Assembly (NCBI GenBank): GCA_003222035.1
Contig: QHUS01000052.1
Location: forward strand, 6,003 to 70,002
Source of the DNA: Gemmatimonadota bacterium
GTDB lineage: Bacteria; Gemmatimonadota; Gemmatimonadetes; Gemmatimonadales; GWC2-71-9
Length of the DNA: 64,000 nucleotides
Direction: 5' to 3'
Shown here: positions 51,580 to 61,799 of the stretch, one piece after another
Layout of the letters: each line of letters begins with the position of its first letter
How positions within the stretch are numbered: position 1 is the first letter of the stretch
Notes under the pieces: generated by a model
Told to the model about the DNA's origin: nothing
What the model saw: only the letters and a program-made list of their open reading frames with translations
The model's database searches: none
Translations under genes and position numbers: made by a program

Positions 51580-54500
51580 TATCGCGTACCGCCCTTTCTT
51601 CCGTCATGGCGCCGGAGCGCAATCGTCACCCGGCGAGCCTCGATGTCAACGTCCCGCTTGAGATCCGCTTCTTCCAGCACCGCTCCCAACACCAGCTTGC
51701 GCGTCAGCGTTTCGCCTTCCACGAACCCCTGGAACGCCGACACAGCGGCGACGACCTCCGGGGCGCCGGCGACGCTCAGCTCGATGCGCGTCGTGTATTC
51801 ATAGCCCGCCTCCTTGCGGAGACGTTGCACACGGTTCACGAGCTCGCGCGCCAGACCCTCCTGGATCAGGTCTGCCGTCAGCCGGGGGTCGACCGCCACC
51901 ACGTAGGGGCCGTCCGCCTGCACCGCCCAGTCGCTCGCGACCTCGCGGGTCACCAGCACGTCCTCGGGCCGGAACTCGAACTCCCCGGACCGCACGGGGT
52001 CACCATGTTCCAGCGCCTGGAGCTCTGCCGCGGTGAGCTGCGACACGGCGGCGGCGGCCCGGGGCGTATCCTTGCCGTAACGCTTGCCCAGCGTGCGGAA
52101 GTCCGGCTTCCCCTTCAGCCGGACGAGGTCGTGATCCGAGCCCGCCACTTCCACGACCTTGGCGTTCACTTCGGCGGCCAAGATATCTAACAGGTCTGCC
52201 AAGGCTGGGCCCCGGACCGCCGGTGGAACCACGACCTGTACCTTGGCGACGGGCTGCCGGACGTGGAGCTGCTTGGTCTCGCGCGCCGCCCGCACCAGCG
52301 AGGCGAGCTTGCGCACGGCCGCCATGGCCAGGAGCAGCTCCGGAGTCCGGCGGCCTTGATCGGCGGGAAACGACGCCAGGTGGACCGAGGTTCCCGTGAG
52401 CGCGCGATGCATCCAGTCGGAGAGGAAGGGCGCGGCCGGCGCGAGCAGACGGGCCGAGGTCACCAGGGCCTCGTGCAGGGTTTCGAGTGCCACGGTATCC
52501 GTGGCCCGATCGGGAGCCCAGAAGCGCGGCCGGTTGCGCCGGACATACCAGCGCGACAGATCCTCGCCCACGAAGTCCATGATCCCCCGTACGCCCGCCG
52601 TCACGTCGTAGTCCGACCACGCGCGCCGTACCTCGCCCACCACCTCGTCGAGCCGCGCGAGCAGCCACCGGTCCGCCGGCGGCCGCTTCTCGAACGCGGT
52701 TCCGGCCCCGTCCGCCGGCGACGGCGGCGTCCAGCTCTCCGCGTAGCGACGGAAGAACTCGTAGGTGCTGCGAAACGCGTTGAGGAATCCCCCCGTGATC
52801 TCGGGCACCTGCCGGCGATCGAACCGCTTTTTCTGCCATACCTGACTCTGACCAAGCAGGTAGAGCCGCACCGCGTCCGCGCCGTACTCCTCGATCACTT
52901 CCCAGGGATTCACGACGTTGCCGCGACTCTTCGACATCTTCTGACCCTGCGCGTCGACGACCAGCTCGTTCACGATCACGTTCTTGTAGACGAGCGCGTC
53001 GAATGCGGTGACACCGATCGCGAGCAACGAATAGAACCAGCCGCGCGTCTGGTCTACGCCCTCGCAAATGAAGTCGGCCGGGTAATGCGCCTTGAAGTCG
53101 GCCTGATGCGCGAACGGGTAGTGCCACTGGGCGTAGGGCATCGCGCCGGAGTCGAACCACGCGTCGATGACCTCGGGCACGCGGCGCATGGTGCCACCGC
53201 ACACGCGGCACCGCCACGAGTACTCGTCGATGGCCGGCTTGTGGGGATCGAAGTCCTTCGGCAAGCGCTTGCCCCAGCGCTCGGCCAGCTCCGCGTACGA
53301 CCCGATCACCTCGCGGTGCTCCGCTTCGGCATCGCACTCCCACACGTTGAGCGGCGTGCCCCAGTATCGGTCCCGCGACAGGGCCCAATCCACGTTGTTC
53401 TCGAGCCATTCGCCGAACCTTCCGGTGCCCATTTCCGGCGGATGCCAGGCGACCTGGGCATTCACTTCCAGCAAGCGCGCCTTCACCGCGGTGGTACGGA
53501 TGAACCACGAGCTCCGCGCGTAATAGATGAGCGCCGAGTCGCAGCGCCAGCAGAAGGGATAGCTGTGGGTGAACGGTAGCGTCTCGAGCCAGCGCCCGTC
53601 GTGTTTCAGCCGCTCGATGATCAGCTGGTTCGTTTCCTTGTCCGTGACGAGCCGGCCGTTGATCTCGGGCCACCGGGTATCCTGGAACGTGCCGTCGGGG
53701 GCGACGGGGTTCACGAACGCCAGGCCGTACTGTTGCGCCGCGGCGTAGTCGTCCGCGCCGAACGCCGGCGCCATGTGCACGAGGCCGGTCCCCTCCTCGG
53801 CGGACACGAAGGTCCCGGCGACCACGATGGCCCGTTGCCCCTCCTGCGGCAGCGGCACGACGTCGAGCGGCGGGACGTAGCGCTGACCGACGAGATCGCG
53901 CCCCCGGTACCCCGCGACCCGCGTCGCCTCGGCGAGCGGCTCGCCGTGCACGTGTACGTGCGCCGCCCGCTCCACGGCAACGACGTAGCGCACCCCTTCC
54001 ACCTCGTACTCGCCGTATTCGAGGTCCGGGTGCACGGCGACCGCGATGTTGGCGAGCAGCGTCCAGGGCGTCGTCGTCCAGACGACGAGTTGGCGTTTCT
54101 CGTCGCTTGCGAGCGGGAACGTGACGAACACGGAATTCGTCTGGACGTCCTCGTAGCCGAGCGCCAGCTCGTGCGACGAGAGGGCGGTGCCGCAGCGTGG
54201 GCAGTACGGGAGCACTTTATGGCCGCGGTACAGCAGCGCCTTGTCGAACAGGCGCTTGAGCAGCCACCACACCGTCTCGATGTACTCGTTCGTGTACGTG
54301 ATGTACGGATGCTCGTAGTCCAGCCAGTAGGCGATCCGCTCCGAGAGCGACTCCCAGTCGGTCTTGTACTTGAAGACGTTCTCGCGGCACAAGCGGTTGA
54401 ACTTCTCGACGCCGTACGCTTCGATCTGCTTCTTGCCCGAGATACCGAGCATCCGCTCGACCTCGATCTCGACCGGCAGGCCGTGCGTGTCCCAGCCGGC

Positions 54501-54749
54501 GATGCGCGTTACCCCCTGCCCCAGCATGGTGTGATAGCGGCATACCAGGTCTTTGATGGTGCGGGCGAACACGTGATGGATGCCCGGCCGCCCGTTGGCG
54601 GTGGGCGGACCCTCGTAGAACACGAACGGCGGACCGTACCGCGCCGCGTCCTGCGTCTTTTGGAACAGGCGCTCGTGCTTCCACTCGGCCAGCAGCCGCT
54701 TCTCCAGGACGTCGGGCGAGAGCTTGGGGTCGAAGAGCGGGTAGGCCAT
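51579..54749 (-). CDS. ileS: isoleucine--tRNA ligase (type 2)
   Basis: PPTANGRPGIHHV (HIGH), KMSKSRGN (KMSKS), 1056 aa. The start ATG 54747-54749 overlaps the PNP stop by 1 nt. Confidence 0.95.
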   Translation of the reverse strand: MAYPLFDPKLSPDVLEKRLLAEWKHERLFQKTQDAARYGPPFVFYEGPPTANGRPGIHHVFARTIKDLVCRYHTMLGQGVTRIAGWDTHGLPVEIEVERMLGISGKKQIEAYGVEKFNRLCRENVFKYKTDWESLSERIAYWLDYEHPYITYTNEYIETVWWLLKRLFDKALLYRGHKVLPYCPRCGTALSSHELALGYEDVQTNSVFVTFPLASDEKRQLVVWTTTPWTLLANIAVAVHPDLEYGEYEVEGVRYVVAVERAAHVHVHGEPLAEATRVAGYRGRDLVGQRYVPPLDVVPLPQEGQRAIVVAGTFVSAEEGTGLVHMAPAFGADDYAAAQQYGLAFVNPVAPDGTFQDTRWPEINGRLVTDKETNQLIIERLKHDGRWLETLPFTHSYPFCWRCDSALIYYARSSWFIRTTAVKARLLEVNAQVAWHPPEMGTGRFGEWLENNVDWALSRDRYWGTPLNVWECDAEAEHREVIGSYAELAERWGKRLPKDFDPHKPAIDEYSWRCRVCGGTMRRVPEVIDAWFDSGAMPYAQWHYPFAHQADFKAHYPADFICEGVDQTRGWFYSLLAIGVTAFDALVYKNVIVNELVVDAQGQKMSKSRGNVVNPWEVIEEYGADAVRLYLLGQSQVWQKKRFDRRQVPEITGGFLNAFRSTYEFFRRYAESWTPPSPADGAGTAFEKRPPADRWLLARLDEVVGEVRRAWSDYDVTAGVRGIMDFVGEDLSRWYVRRNRPRFWAPDRATDTVALETLHEALVTSARLLAPAAPFLSDWMHRALTGTSVHLASFPADQGRRTPELLLAMAAVRKLASLVRAARETKQLHVRQPVAKVQVVVPPAVRGPALADLLDILAAEVNAKVVEVAGSDHDLVRLKGKPDFRTLGKRYGKDTPRAAAAVSQLTAAELQALEHGDPVRSGEFEFRPEDVLVTREVASDWAVQADGPYVVAVDPRLTADLIQEGLARELVNRVQRLRKEAGYEYTTRIELSVAGAPEVVAAVSAFQGFVEGETLTRKLVLGAVLEEADLKRDVDIEARRVTIALRRHDGRKGGTR

Positions 54750-55555
54750 CAGTTGAGGCGCTCCAGCACCCCGCGTACCAACGCCGTCAGGGCAGGCTCG
54801 GCGCCGCGGGCCACGGCGATGATCGCCTCGACCGACGTGGGCGCGAGAGCGTCCGGCAAACACTGATCCGTGATGATCGACACCCCCAGGACCTTCATTC
54901 CCATGTGCACCGCGGTGATCACCTCCGGCACCGTGCTCATGCCCACCACATCCGCCCCCATCGCGCGGAGCACGCGATACTCCGCCCGGGTCTCGAGGTT
55001 CGGCCCGGTGACCGCGACGTACACGCCTTCCCGCAGGATGATGCGCCGCTCCAGCGCGACGGCGCGGGCCAGCGCCCGCAGCGCGCCGTCGTACGCGTCC
55101 GACATGTCCGGGAAGCGCGGGCCGAGGGCCTCGTCGTTCGGGCCCACGAGCGGGTTGCCGTCGAGCAGATTGATGTGGTCCGCGATGAGCATGAGATCGC
55201 CGGGGCGCCACAGCGGGTGCATCCCGCCGCACGCGTTGGACACCACGAGGGTCCGGGCGCCGAGCCGGCCGAGGATCCGCACGGGCAACCCGATCTGCTG
55301 CGGCGTATAGCCCTCATAGCGGTGGAATCGCCCTCGCATCGCGACCACCCGTCTGCCGGCCAGGGTGCCGACGAGCAGCTCCCCCGCGTGGCTCTCGACC
55401 GTCGCGACCGGAAACCCGGGGATCTCCGTGTAGGGAATCCGCGCGTCCACCGCCACGTCTTCGGCGAGCCCGCCCAGCCCGGTGCCGAGGATGATCGCGA
55501 CGTCGGGTACCACGCTCGTCCGCGCCCGGATGGCGCGGACCGCCGCGTCGATCAT
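54749..55555 (-). CDS. punA: purine nucleoside phosphorylase (trimeric PunA type)
   Basis: AIILGTGLGGL..GFPVATVESHAGELLVG..GRFHRYEG..VSNACGG..DHINLL..GMSTVPEV. Confidence 0.9.
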   Translation of the reverse strand: MIDAAVRAIRARTSVVPDVAIILGTGLGGLAEDVAVDARIPYTEIPGFPVATVESHAGELLVGTLAGRRVVAMRGRFHRYEGYTPQQIGLPVRILGRLGARTLVVSNACGGMHPLWRPGDLMLIADHINLLDGNPLVGPNDEALGPRFPDMSDAYDGALRALARAVALERRIILREGVYVAVTGPNLETRAEYRVLRAMGADVVGMSTVPEVITAVHMGMKVLGVSIITDQCLPDALAPTSVEAIIAVARGAEPALTALVRGVLERLN

Positions 55556-56025
55556 CAGCCCCGCTGACCGTCCAGTGCGCGCAGCTCGGCGAGTTGACGC
55601 TCGAGCAGCGCGCGGAACCCCGCCACGTACGCCAGGAACTGGCGCTCGACGTCGGCGCTCTGGCGCTGCACCTCGTTCTGGGAGGCCTTCGCCTCGTCCA
55701 CCAGGCGCCGGCCTTCGGCTTGGGCCTCGCGCACGATCACTTGGGCCTCCCGCTCGGCCGTGGCCCGCGTTTCCTCGCGCAGCTGCTGCGCCGCCACGAG
55801 GGCGTCGTTCATCGCGCGCTCCCGCTCGCGGTACGCCTTGAGCTGCTCCCCGAGCGCCGCCAGCCGCTCCTCCAGCACCGACTTCTCCCGCAGGATCCGC
55901 TCGAGCTCGTCGGCCACACGTGCGCGAAAGTCCTCGACGCCCAGCGGCTCATAGCCCCGCAGGGTACGGCGGAAGTCCTGCTTGCGGACGTCGTGCGGAG
56001 TGAGATGGAACGCGTCGCCGCTCAC
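55555..56025 (-). CDS. DivIVA-domain protein
   Basis: HLTPHDVRKQDFRRTLRGYEPLGVEDFRARVADELE followed by a long coiled coil. The start GTG overlaps the yggS stop (GTGA). Confidence 0.85.
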   Translation of the reverse strand: MSGDAFHLTPHDVRKQDFRRTLRGYEPLGVEDFRARVADELERILREKSVLEERLAALGEQLKAYRERERAMNDALVAAQQLREETRATAEREAQVIVREAQAEGRRLVDEAKASQNEVQRQSADVERQFLAYVAGFRALLERQLAELRALDGQRG

Positions 56026-56777
56026 GCCGGGTCCTCCCCGCCCCCCCTCTCGCGCTCCACTGTCTCCTCCCCCGCCCTCTCCGTTGTCCGCGGCCCGAAC
56101 AGGACGGTCCCCAAGCGGATCACTGTTGCCCCTTCCTCGACGGCGGTGCCGTAGTCCGCGGACATCCCCATCGAGAGCGTCGGCAGCCATAGCCCCTCCT
56201 CCTGCTGCAGGGCGTCCCGCAACGCGCGCAATCCGCGGAACGTTCGCCGCTGCACGTCCTCGTCATCGGTGAACGGCGCGATCGTCATCAGGCCTTCGAG
56301 CGCGAGATGCGGCTGCGCCGCGACGTGGCGCGCCAGCGACGACGCCTCGGCCGGCGTGCAGCCGCTCTTCTGCGCTTCTCCGGCCATGTTCACCTGCAGC
56401 AGCACGCGCTGCGTCGCGCCGTGCGCCGCGGCCCGCCGGTCCAGCTCATCGGCGAGCGCCACCGAATCAAGCGAATGGACCAGCGCGAAGCGCCCGGCCA
56501 CGTGCTTCGCCTTGTTGCGTTGCAGATGCCCGATCAAGTGCCACGCCACCCGCCGGCCCGCGAGCGGTGGAGCGTCGAGCTTCTGCAGCGCCTCCTGCAC
56601 CCGGTTCTCTCCCAGGTCGGTGACGCCCGCAGCCAGTGCGGCTTCCACCGCATCCACTCCGAAGCCCTTGGTGACCGCGACGAGCGTGACCGGGCCGGTC
56701 CGGCCCGCCGCGGCCTGCCGTCGAGCGATCTCGGCCCGTACGTGGGCCAGCCGCTCGGGCAGGGCTCCAAAATCCAT
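56022..56777 (-). CDS. yggS: YggS-family pyridoxal-phosphate homeostasis protein
   Basis: LVAVTKGF..LGENRVQE..WHLIGHLQRNK..VHSLDS..LSMGMSADY. Confidence 0.9.
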   Translation of the reverse strand: MDFGALPERLAHVRAEIARRQAAAGRTGPVTLVAVTKGFGVDAVEAALAAGVTDLGENRVQEALQKLDAPPLAGRRVAWHLIGHLQRNKAKHVAGRFALVHSLDSVALADELDRRAAAHGATQRVLLQVNMAGEAQKSGCTPAEASSLARHVAAQPHLALEGLMTIAPFTDDEDVQRRTFRGLRALRDALQQEEGLWLPTLSMGMSADYGTAVEEGATVIRLGTVLFGPRTTERAGEETVERERGGGEDPA

Positions 56778-56785
56778 AACCGCAA

Positions 56786-56814
56786 AAAGTATCTCGGGGC
56801 CCTGCGTGAAACAA
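56786..56814 (-). promoter_or_regulatory. candidate yggS promoter (TTGTTT-17-TACTTT), near-leaderless
   Basis: The minus strand reads TTGTTTcacgcagggccccgagaTACTTTttgcggttATG, with 8 nt from the -10 to the ATG and no SD. The match to consensus is weak. Confidence 0.35.
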
Positions 56815-56822
56815 TCGGGGGG

Positions 56823-57623
56823 TCAGCTGGCTGGTGCCGTAACTCGTTCGCCACCTTCGAGGTGCGAGATCGCGCCGGACAGGAGGTCGCGCACCTGCGG
56901 CGCGCTCAGGTGGCGATGCAGCAGCCCGTGACTCGCCACGGAGATCGTCGAGGTCTCCTCGGAGACGACCAGGACGGTGGCGTCGGTCTCCTCGGAGAGC
57001 CCGAGCGCCGCGCGGTGACGCGTACCGAGGGACTTGTCCGCCACCTTGAACTGCGTGAGGGGCAGGACGCAGCCGGCGCCGATGATGCGGTCGCCCCGCA
57101 CCAACACGGCGCCGTCGTGCAACGGAGAGTAAGGCGTGAAAATCGTCGTCAGGAGGTCGGCGGACACCTTGGCCTCCATCGGCACGCCGGACGAGATGAA
57201 TTCTTCCAGACCGATGTCGCCTTCCACGGCGATGATGGCGCCCGTGCCGCCGCGCGACAGGCGGTCCAGCGCTTCGGCGATCTCTTCGGCGACCGATTGC
57301 CGCTCGCTCTGCGAAAACCGACGCATGAAGCGGGACTGGCCCAGCCGGGCGAGGGCGTTCCGGAGCTCGGGCTGGAACACGACGACCGCCGCGAACGCGC
57401 CGAAGGTGAACACGTACGACAGCAGCGCGCTGATCATGGTGAACTTGGCGAGCAGCGCGCCGAAATACGCGACCGACAGGATCATCACGCCGACGACGAT
57501 CTGCATCGCCCGCGTGCCGACGAGGAACAGGAGGAAACGGTAGATGACGAACGCGACGAGAATGATCTCGACCACGTCCGGCCAGAACCGCGGGATGAGG
57601 AACTGGTAGGCTTCGAGGTTCAC
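56823..57623 (-). CDS. cdaA: diadenylate cyclase CdaA (c-di-AMP synthase)
   Basis: Three N-terminal TM helices followed by a DAC domain (GAIIAVEG..PLHDGAVLV..GTRHRAALGLSEETDATVLVVSEETSTIS). The start GTG overlaps the folP stop (GTGA). Confidence 0.9.
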   Translation of the reverse strand: MNLEAYQFLIPRFWPDVVEIILVAFVIYRFLLFLVGTRAMQIVVGVMILSVAYFGALLAKFTMISALLSYVFTFGAFAAVVVFQPELRNALARLGQSRFMRRFSQSERQSVAEEIAEALDRLSRGGTGAIIAVEGDIGLEEFISSGVPMEAKVSADLLTTIFTPYSPLHDGAVLVRGDRIIGAGCVLPLTQFKVADKSLGTRHRAALGLSEETDATVLVVSEETSTISVASHGLLHRHLSAPQVRDLLSGAISHLEGGERVTAPAS

Positions 57624-58786
57624 CGTGCGCTCGTGGTCGCGCCGGCCACCCGCAGCGCCTCGCGCGCGAGCGCGGCGTCGTGTACCCGGAACAGGCGCGC
57701 GCCCCGCTCCCACGCGAGGGCGCACGCCACGGCCGTCGCGCGGTCGCGGTCTTCGACCGGCCGCCCGGTGGCGGCCCCCAGGAACCGCTTGCGCGACGGT
57801 CCCACCGCTACAGGATAGCCCAACGCGACCACCGTTGCCAGTTCATCGAGCAGTCGAAAGTTCTGCTCGGGGGTCTTCGCGAACCCGAACCCCGGGTCCA
57901 CGACGATGCGCGGCGGCGCGACGCCCCCGGCCTCCGCCCGCGCCGCCGCGGTCCCGAGCTCCGCCGCCACCTCCGCCGGCACGTGCCGGTACACGGCGAG
58001 CGAGTCCATCGTGTCGGGCGTGCCCCGCATGTGCATCACGATCAGTCCGGCGCCGGCGTCGCCCACGACACGGGCGAGCGCCGGATCGAACGCCAGCCCC
58101 GACACGTCGTTCACCACGGCGGCGCCCGCGGCGAGCGCGGCGCGCGCCACCGCGCCCTTGCGCGTGTCCACCGACACCGGGCCCAGCCCGCGCCGCGCCA
58201 GCTGCTCGATGACCGGCGCCACGCGCCTGATCTCCTCCTCCGCGGTTACCGGCGCCGCGCCCGGCCGCGTGGACTCGCCGCCCACGTCCAGCAGCTCGCA
58301 CCCGTCGGCCACGAGCCGCTCGGCCTGCGCGACGGCGCGGTCCGCAGTGGCGAAGCGCCCGCCGTCCGAGAAGGAGTCGGGCGTCACGTTCACGATGCCG
58401 ATGAGCACTGGGTGATCGAGGGTGAGGACGCCGCCGGAGATTTCCCAGCGGCGCGGCGGATCAGCGTAGCTCGCGAGGAACCGGCCCAGCTCGGGCGCCA
58501 GCGCCTCGAGCCCGGGCGGCAGCCGGTCGGGGCGCGCCAGCGGCGCCAGCCGGCTCGCGGCCGCCCCGACCAGCGCCCAGCCGTCGCCGGTGAGGACGTC
58601 GGCACCGGCCTTGGCGCCCCAGCGCACCAGACTCTCGCGCTCGGGTTCGCTGACTTCATCGAGCAGGACGACCAGGGATTGTACGCCGGTGGCGGCGAAC
58701 CAGGCGGGCTGGGTCTCCCAGCCGCGGGCCGCGAGCGCCGCGCGCACCGCTTCGGGTGTGTGCGCGGCGAGCGCGGTCAACTTCAC
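57620..58786 (-). CDS. folP: dihydropteroate synthase with ~115-aa N-terminal extension
   Basis: IGIVNVTPDSFSDGG..LDVGGESTRPG..VSVDT..INDVSG..DPGFGF..SRK in the C-terminal ~270 aa. The N-terminal 115 aa have coding-like GC3 but match no family I recognise. Confidence 0.9.
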   Translation of the reverse strand: MKLTALAAHTPEAVRAALAARGWETQPAWFAATGVQSLVVLLDEVSEPERESLVRWGAKAGADVLTGDGWALVGAAASRLAPLARPDRLPPGLEALAPELGRFLASYADPPRRWEISGGVLTLDHPVLIGIVNVTPDSFSDGGRFATADRAVAQAERLVADGCELLDVGGESTRPGAAPVTAEEEIRRVAPVIEQLARRGLGPVSVDTRKGAVARAALAAGAAVVNDVSGLAFDPALARVVGDAGAGLIVMHMRGTPDTMDSLAVYRHVPAEVAAELGTAAARAEAGGVAPPRIVVDPGFGFAKTPEQNFRLLDELATVVALGYPVAVGPSRKRFLGAATGRPVEDRDRATAVACALAWERGARLFRVHDAALAREALRVAGATTSAR

Positions 58787-59955
58787 GATGCCCGCAACGC
58801 GTTCACGATGTTGAGGCGCGCCGCCCGCACCGCCGGAAGGAACCCGCCGACCACACCCATCACGACGGCGAAGATCAGCGCGTTCTTGACGACCCCGGGC
58901 GACAGGGCGAACCCGAAGCCGATCTCGGAGAAGCTCTGGAAGTTGACGACCGAAATGCGCGCGAACGACAGCAGCGCGGCGAGCGCGACGCCGATGCCGC
59001 CACCCACGAGCGCGAGCACCACGGATTCCACCAGGAACGCGGCCAGCACGCTGCGCCGCCGGAACCCCAGGGCACGCAGCGTGCCCACTTCCACCGTTCG
59101 GTTCGCGACGGCGGCGTACATGGTGATCATCGCCCCGATCATCGCTCCGAAGCTGAAGATGGTGGTCACGACGAGCCCGAGGATCCGGATGAACTTCGCG
59201 AGCGTCTGCGACTGCTCCTTGTAGTAGTCGCGCTCGTGCTTGAGCTCCACGGACTGGAAGCGGGGATCGGCCTGGAGGCGCGCCTTGAGCTGATCGAACC
59301 GGGCCGGCTCGGCGAGGCGGAACGTCAACGACGAATACCCCGGCCGCCCGGCCGCCTGCATGAACTGGTCGGCGTCGCCCCAGATCTCCGAGTCGAAGCC
59401 CGTGCCGCCGGCGTCCATGGTCCCCACGATGGTCCAGCGGTCGCCCGCGAAGGCGAGCTCCGCCCCGAGGGCCACCCCTTTGAACCGGGAGGCGATGCTT
59501 TTCCCGACCACGATCTCGTGCGTGCCGAACTGGAAAGGCCTTCCCTGGATGATGCGCACGCCGTGGCGGACCTCCAGCGCGTGGGCTGAGACACCCCGAG
59601 TCGACACGTTGCCGAGCGCGCCGCTCTTCTTTTTGTAGAGGTTGATGATGAGCATGACGTCGCGCGACAGGAGCGCACGACCGTCGCCCGCACGGGCTAC
59701 ACCGTTCTCGGCCTCGAGTGCGTCCGCCGTCGCGCGGTCGATCTGACTCGACAGCTCAGACGTCGCCGAGCGCCTGAGCACGATCACGTTGTCCGCCGAG
59801 CCCGTCTCGACGAGGGTGGCTTCCAGGCCGCGGGCGAGCATGAGCACGCCGGCGAACACGAACACGACGAGAGCCACGCCGCCGACCGTGAGCGCCGTGG
59901 TGAGGCGGCGGGCCCAGAGGCTCCGCCAGCTATACGCGAATGGGATGCGCGCCAT
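58783..59955 (-). CDS. ABC transporter permease (FtsX/MacB-type)
   Basis: An N-terminal TM, a large periplasmic loop, and a C-terminal FtsX 3-TM bundle (VEVGTLRALGFRRRSVLAAFLVES). Confidence 0.88.
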   Translation of the reverse strand: MARIPFAYSWRSLWARRLTTALTVGGVALVVFVFAGVLMLARGLEATLVETGSADNVIVLRRSATSELSSQIDRATADALEAENGVARAGDGRALLSRDVMLIINLYKKKSGALGNVSTRGVSAHALEVRHGVRIIQGRPFQFGTHEIVVGKSIASRFKGVALGAELAFAGDRWTIVGTMDAGGTGFDSEIWGDADQFMQAAGRPGYSSLTFRLAEPARFDQLKARLQADPRFQSVELKHERDYYKEQSQTLAKFIRILGLVVTTIFSFGAMIGAMITMYAAVANRTVEVGTLRALGFRRRSVLAAFLVESVVLALVGGGIGVALAALLSFARISVVNFQSFSEIGFGFALSPGVVKNALIFAVVMGVVGGFLPAVRAARLNIVNALRAS

Positions 59956-59962
59956 GAGCCGG

Positions 59963-61120
59963 CTACCCCACTGTCCGCAGGCCCAAAACGATGGGCATGC
60001 GGACCACGCGGTTGACGGGGACCGCGGCGGCTGCCAGGCCGGCCAGCAGGGCCGCGCCGAGACCCAACGCCATCGTGAGTGGGGCGACGCTGATCACCGG
60101 GAAGAAGGTCGGGAGCGCCTTCGCGAACCCCTGGACCATGGGGAACGTCAGGAGCAGCCCGAGCACGCCTCCCGACAAAGAGATCACGAGCGCCTCGCCG
60201 AGGACGAGGGCCCCGAGGTGGCGCCCCGAGAAGCCGAGGGTCTTCAGCACCGCGTACTCGCGCGTCCGCTCCCGCACCGACATGATGATCGTGTTCGCCA
60301 GCACGAGCAGGATGATCCCGACGATCACGACCGAGATCACCTGCAGCGACGTGATGATCGCCGACGACATCTGGACGAAGCTCTGCTGAAACTCGCGTTC
60401 ACTCTCGGTCTTCGTGGGGGCGCGCGAGTTCACGAACTGCGTGTCGATCGCCGCCGCCACGCGGGCCATCGCGTCGGGCGACCCGACGCGCAGGACGTAA
60501 AACCCCGCGTCCACGGGCCGGCCGGGCTCGCGCGCACGCACCTGCTCGTAGAGGTAGGCAAACTGGAAGAACATCTGCGTCTCGTCGGTCGACGGGTCGC
60601 GGCCGGTGTAGATCCCGCGCACCACCCACTGCCAGCTTCCAGGATAGATGTCGCCTTCCATCGTGATGACGTCGCCGAGCTTGAAGCCGTGCTGCTGCGC
60701 CAGCTTGCGGCCGATGATGCACGCGTTGCGCTCCTTCTTGAACGCGGCCAGCTGGTCCGGCGGCACCTGGAACTCCGGGTAGAGATCGAAGTACGTGTCC
60801 GGATCGACCGCGAAGCGCGGCCAGAAATTCTTGAAATCGTTCGGGTCCCCAAACACACCGCCGAACCAGTTGCCCCACGACACGCCCGTCACGCCCGGCA
60901 CCTTGGCGATGTCGTTCCGGTAGGGCAGCGGGATCGGGAAGATCAGCGACACGCGGTGCTGGGTGATCATGCGATTGGAGGCGGCCCCCGTGACGCCGGC
61001 GTTCCACGCGCCTACGATCGTCCGAATGAGGGCGAACCCCATCACCGCCGCCGCGATCCCGAGGATCGTGAGCGCGGTGCGGAGGCGGTGCCGGAACAGG
61101 TTCTTGAAGACCAATTTCAT
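59963..61120 (-). CDS. ABC transporter permease (FtsX/MacB-type)
   Basis: MKLVFKNLFRHRLRTALTILGI.., REYAVLKTLGFSGRHLGALVLGEA. Confidence 0.88.
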   Translation of the reverse strand: MKLVFKNLFRHRLRTALTILGIAAAVMGFALIRTIVGAWNAGVTGAASNRMITQHRVSLIFPIPLPYRNDIAKVPGVTGVSWGNWFGGVFGDPNDFKNFWPRFAVDPDTYFDLYPEFQVPPDQLAAFKKERNACIIGRKLAQQHGFKLGDVITMEGDIYPGSWQWVVRGIYTGRDPSTDETQMFFQFAYLYEQVRAREPGRPVDAGFYVLRVGSPDAMARVAAAIDTQFVNSRAPTKTESEREFQQSFVQMSSAIITSLQVISVVIVGIILLVLANTIIMSVRERTREYAVLKTLGFSGRHLGALVLGEALVISLSGGVLGLLLTFPMVQGFAKALPTFFPVISVAPLTMALGLGAALLAGLAAAAVPVNRVVRMPIVLGLRTVG

Positions 61121-61791
61121 TGCAGTTCACCCTTGTCCAAGTGGCGCACCAGGTGTGCGCGCTCGGCGGCGTGCGGGTCGTGCGTCACCATCACGATGGT
61201 CTTCTTGAACTCTCGATTGAGGCGCTCCAGCAGCGTCAGGATCTCCTCCGCGGACTTGCGGTCGAGGTCGCCCGTCGGCTCGTCCGCCACGATGATCGTG
61301 GGGTCGGTGGCGATGGCGCGGGCGATCGCGACGCGCTGCTCCTGGCCACCCGAGAGCTGGCGTGGATAGTGGTGCACCCGGTCGGCGAGGTCCACGAGCG
61401 CGAGCGCTGTTTCGACGTGCTGTTTCCGTTCCCTCTTGGAGAGCGACGTGAGCAGCAGCGGCAGCTCGACGTTTTCGAAGGCCGTGAGCACCGGGATCAG
61501 ATTGTAGAACTGGAACACGAACCCGATGTGGGTGGCGCGCCAGCGGGCGAGCTGCGACTCGCTGAGCGTCGTCACGTCGGTGCCCGCGACCAGCACGCTC
61601 CCGGCGTCCGGCCGATCGATCCCCGCGATCAGGTTCAACAGGGTGGTCTTGCCGGAGCCGGAGGGACCCATCAGCCCGAGGAACTCCCCTTCGGGGACCT
61701 CGAGCGTGATGTCCCGCAACACGGGGATCTGCATACTGTCGCGTCGATAGGCCTTCGAGAGACCGCGGATCTGGACGATCGGATTGGGCAT
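61117..61791 (-). CDS. ABC transporter ATP-binding protein (MacB/LolD-type)
   Basis: GPSGSGKTTLLN (Walker A), LSGGQEQRVAIARA (signature), IIVADEPTGDLD (Walker B). The start ATG 61789-61791 follows a GAGGAG SD. Confidence 0.93.
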   Translation of the reverse strand: MPNPIVQIRGLSKAYRRDSMQIPVLRDITLEVPEGEFLGLMGPSGSGKTTLLNLIAGIDRPDAGSVLVAGTDVTTLSESQLARWRATHIGFVFQFYNLIPVLTAFENVELPLLLTSLSKRERKQHVETALALVDLADRVHHYPRQLSGGQEQRVAIARAIATDPTIIVADEPTGDLDRKSAEEILTLLERLNREFKKTIVMVTHDPHAAERAHLVRHLDKGELQ

Positions 61792-61799
61792 GCGCTCCT

